DNA from: Thermoplasmata archaeon
GTDB lineage: Archaea; Thermoplasmatota; Thermoplasmata; Lutacidiplasmatales; UBA184
DNA length: 64,000 nt
Assembly: GCA_021816865.1 (NCBI GenBank)
Contig: JAKAWX010000001.1
Location: forward strand, 40,794-104,793
Reading direction: 5' to 3'
Position numbers and translations under genes: made by a program. Positions 61,477-64,000 of this stretch are shown in pieces (the first letter of the stretch is position 1; each line of letters opens with the position of its first letter). The notes under the pieces are model-generated. The model was not told the DNA's origin and did not search any database. It saw only the letters and a program-made list of their open reading frames with translations.

Positions 61477-63666
61477 ATGTCGCGCAACCTCCCGGGTCCG
61501 AAGATCGTTCTTGCCGTCCTTGTGGCTGTCGGGATGGCCGCCTCGGGCTTCGTGTCTCTCTCGCCTTCTTGGGGTTCCAAGAGTACGATGGCCCCCCTCC
61601 CGACCGTAGCGCACGAGACGTTCTCTCGGTCGACATCGGCCGCCCATGCCGGGACGGCGTCCGTTCCGGGCCCCTCCCAGAAGCCGCCAGCTACATGCTC
61701 CCGCGGGGACTGTCCTTTCGCGAGCGGGGACAGCGCCGCTCCGGCCACATTCGGACCTTTCTGGACGAACCTGACCTCTGCGTCCAGCCCTGCCTGGACC
61801 TATAATGCCGCCATGACGTTCGACACCGCCAGCCAGTCCGTTCTCCTGTTCGGTGTGAATGGCTCGGGCGGGTCCGTCGGGGACGGCACGTGGCGCTTCT
61901 CGAGCGGCCAGTGGGCGGACCTCTCGTCCGTGGCGGGCGCGCCGCCTCCTTACCAGGCAGGGGAAAGGATGGCCTACGACGCCCGCGACGGATACGTCCT
62001 CCTGTTTGGATGCGCCGCGATAACGAGCGGCAACTGTAACGATACCTGGCAGTTCTCGGGTGGGACGTGGCATCCGGTGGGCGCCATAAGCCCCCCGCGG
62101 GCGACCGACGTGCTGGGGACTTCCGGTCAGGCGGGCCCGCTCAGCCTGGTCTACGACGCGAAGGACTCCTACGTCGTTCTGACGAACGGCATCGACACCT
62201 GGAGCTACAGCGGCGGCATCTGGTCTCCTTTCTGTCGCCTGCCGTCCAACTGCAGCGCGGGGTTCACTCCCGGGCCGAATCTGACCGGAACCGCGGTGTT
62301 CGACGCGCAGGATGGGTATGTTCTCTTTGTGGGGGTCGACGATCGTAACGGTTCGATCGTCGGGGGTGGAAGCTGGACCTGGAAGTTCAGCGGAGGCCAG
62401 TGGACCAACATCTCGGCCGTCTCGGGGACCGCACCTTCGCCCCGGGTTTCGCCCATGATGGCGTATGACTCCACCACCGGAAGTGCCCTGCTCTTCGGCG
62501 GTGCAAGTTGCACCGACCTGACCTGCGGAGGGCCGGCCTACCTCAACGACACGTGGACGTTCCGGGCGGGGGCGTGGCGGAACGTTTCCTCGGGCACCGC
62601 GCCCCCCTCTCGGTCCGACGGCCAGATCGCCGACGACCCCAAGGATTCCTCGATTCTCTTGTTCAGTGGGCAGGACGCGACCCTCCCTCGACCGAACGAC
62701 ACTTGGGCCTGGGGGGTCAGCCCGCCGATCGCGGCGCTCTCGATATCGGTGAGCCCGGCGGTTCCGGTTCCCGGCACTCCCGCGCTGTTCAACAGCTCGT
62801 TCCAAGGAGGGGTAGGGCCGTTCACCCACAGCTGGAGATTCGGCGACGGCGGCACAAGCTCGACACCGAACGCCACGCACACTTTCAGTGCCGACGGCCT
62901 TTACGTGGTGGAGCTTTGGGTGAACGACAGCGCCGGCCACACGGCCACCGCGTCCCTCCAAGTTCGGGTCTACGCCCCGTTGAGCGTGGCCATCGCAAGC
63001 GCAGCTCCCAACCCGGCGGCGCTCGGTCAACCCGTGATCTTCACCGCGAACGCGAGGGGGGGTACTCCGCCGTACACGTACGCGTGGTCGTTCGGAGACG
63101 GCGGAGTAGGAGGGAATCTCTCGGTCATCGCTCACGCCTACACAACCAACGGACCGTTCACCGCGCAGGTCACGGTCCACGACGCGGCCGGCGGCGCCGT
63201 TGGGGCGTCGGTCAGCGTCTCGATCCTGCTCCAAGCCTTGGTCGGGTCCTCGACGACGAACGGGTCTCCCCCGTTGACCGTACACTTTGTGGGACAGGCG
63301 CAAGGGGGCTCACCGCCCTACCGGTTCACTTGGACCTTCGGCGACGGCGAGAGCTCCCGGCTAGAGAACCCGACCCACACCTACGACGTCTCGGGTACGT
63401 TCACGGTGTCCTTGGCCGTTCTTGACAGCCAAAACGATAGCTCCGTGAGCTCGCTGGTCGTTCGTGTGGGGGTCTCGTCCGCCTCCGTTCCGTCGGGCCC
63501 GGGTGGGCTCTTCGACGTCGTCATCGCCGTGGGCCTCACGGCCGCGGTGGGCGCCGCATGGGTGACTTCCTACCTCGTTCAACGGTCGCGTCGCCAAGAA
63601 GGAGAACGGTGGATCAAGGAACTGAACTCGGATTCCGAGAGCCGTAGGGAGGAGCCCGAGCCATAA
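61477..63666 (+). CDS. Secreted Kelch-like propeller + PKD surface protein with C-terminal TM anchor
   Basis: Signal peptide; repeated YDA.DGYVLLFG...NDTW; three W.FGDG PKD motifs; TM helix + charged tail. Confidence 0.9.
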   Translation: MSRNLPGPKIVLAVLVAVGMAASGFVSLSPSWGSKSTMAPLPTVAHETFSRSTSAAHAGTASVPGPSQKPPATCSRGDCPFASGDSAAPATFGPFWTNLTSASSPAWTYNAAMTFDTASQSVLLFGVNGSGGSVGDGTWRFSSGQWADLSSVAGAPPPYQAGERMAYDARDGYVLLFGCAAITSGNCNDTWQFSGGTWHPVGAISPPRATDVLGTSGQAGPLSLVYDAKDSYVVLTNGIDTWSYSGGIWSPFCRLPSNCSAGFTPGPNLTGTAVFDAQDGYVLFVGVDDRNGSIVGGGSWTWKFSGGQWTNISAVSGTAPSPRVSPMMAYDSTTGSALLFGGASCTDLTCGGPAYLNDTWTFRAGAWRNVSSGTAPPSRSDGQIADDPKDSSILLFSGQDATLPRPNDTWAWGVSPPIAALSISVSPAVPVPGTPALFNSSFQGGVGPFTHSWRFGDGGTSSTPNATHTFSADGLYVVELWVNDSAGHTATASLQVRVYAPLSVAIASAAPNPAALGQPVIFTANARGGTPPYTYAWSFGDGGVGGNLSVIAHAYTTNGPFTAQVTVHDAAGGAVGASVSVSILLQALVGSSTTNGSPPLTVHFVGQAQGGSPPYRFTWTFGDGESSRLENPTHTYDVSGTFTVSLAVLDSQNDSSVSSLVVRVGVSSASVPSGPGGLFDVVIAVGLTAAVGAAWVTSYLVQRSRRQEGERWIKELNSDSESRREEPEP

Positions 63667-64000
63667 TCGGGGAGAACGGGGGGTCCCGATCCGTTCCCTT
63701 CCGCCGAAGAGGACCGTCCACTTTACTTCCCCGAGGACCCATGGAGTTCTCGAGCGAATGGATGCCCCGACCTGGTTCGAACTTACCCTCGTGGCCCTCG
63801 TCGGGCTCGCCGCCGGTTGGCTTCTCCGTTCGCTGTTCCGGCGCGAGCCGGTAGGGAGCCGGGTCGCGCCACCACGGGACCCGTCGGCGTCCCCCTCCTC
63901 CGCAGCGTCCGATGAAGCGGCACCGACGTACCGCCGGTCTCGCCCTGGGACAGTCGTCGTTTCCCCGCGGCTCTCGCAAGGCGCCGATACGTCGGGTCGG

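Noticed and set aside
1..64000. CRISPR array, cas genes, rRNA, integrase/provirus, or tRNA-derived att duplications
   Set aside because: No regularly spaced repeats, no such motifs, and no second copy of either tRNA 3' end were seen by eye.
63667..64000. Possible gene at the right edge (63614-63979, minus strand)
   Set aside because: No recognisable product; insufficient context.

Overview
High-GC archaeal chromosomal window. It carries TFB, Gar1, eIF6, rpS19e/L39e/L31e/S17e, Hjc and TATA-type promoters, and the gene content suggests a Thermoplasmata lineage (inference). Most long ORFs in the track are antisense GC-rich shadows; about 55 real genes are supportable. Housekeeping and metabolic content includes lipid/acyl-CoA genes, PGI/PMI, purN, coaD, a phosphohexomutase, a GH15 glucoamylase, a PadR-ABC exporter and two PKD surface proteins. 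The top candidate for an undescribed system is a three-gene operon at 39512-45171: vWA(MIDAS)+helical protein, then an atypical TRAFAC-like GTPase, then a GAP1-N/DENN-like domain fused to a long coiled coil. It resembles bacterial GTPase-centred ternary conflict systems but sits in an archaeon. Other notable items: (1) two tRNA-Ser genes, both with a non-canonical T-loop (59/60) BHB-like intron; (2) a structured non-coding element with a probable decayed IS110 transposase behind it (possible orphan bridge RNA); (3) an MCM-like AAA+ ATPase divergent from Hjc; (4) a 4-hydroxybenzoyl-CoA-reductase-like hcrCAB cluster; (5) a Cys-less thiolase/DUF35 pair; (6) an SPFH/zinc-ribbon operon; (7) a coupled KaiC pair; (8) a 1511-aa TPR protein; (9) an unannotated 39-aa Arg/Lys-rich ORF. 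All family calls come from motif recognition by eye, with no database search.
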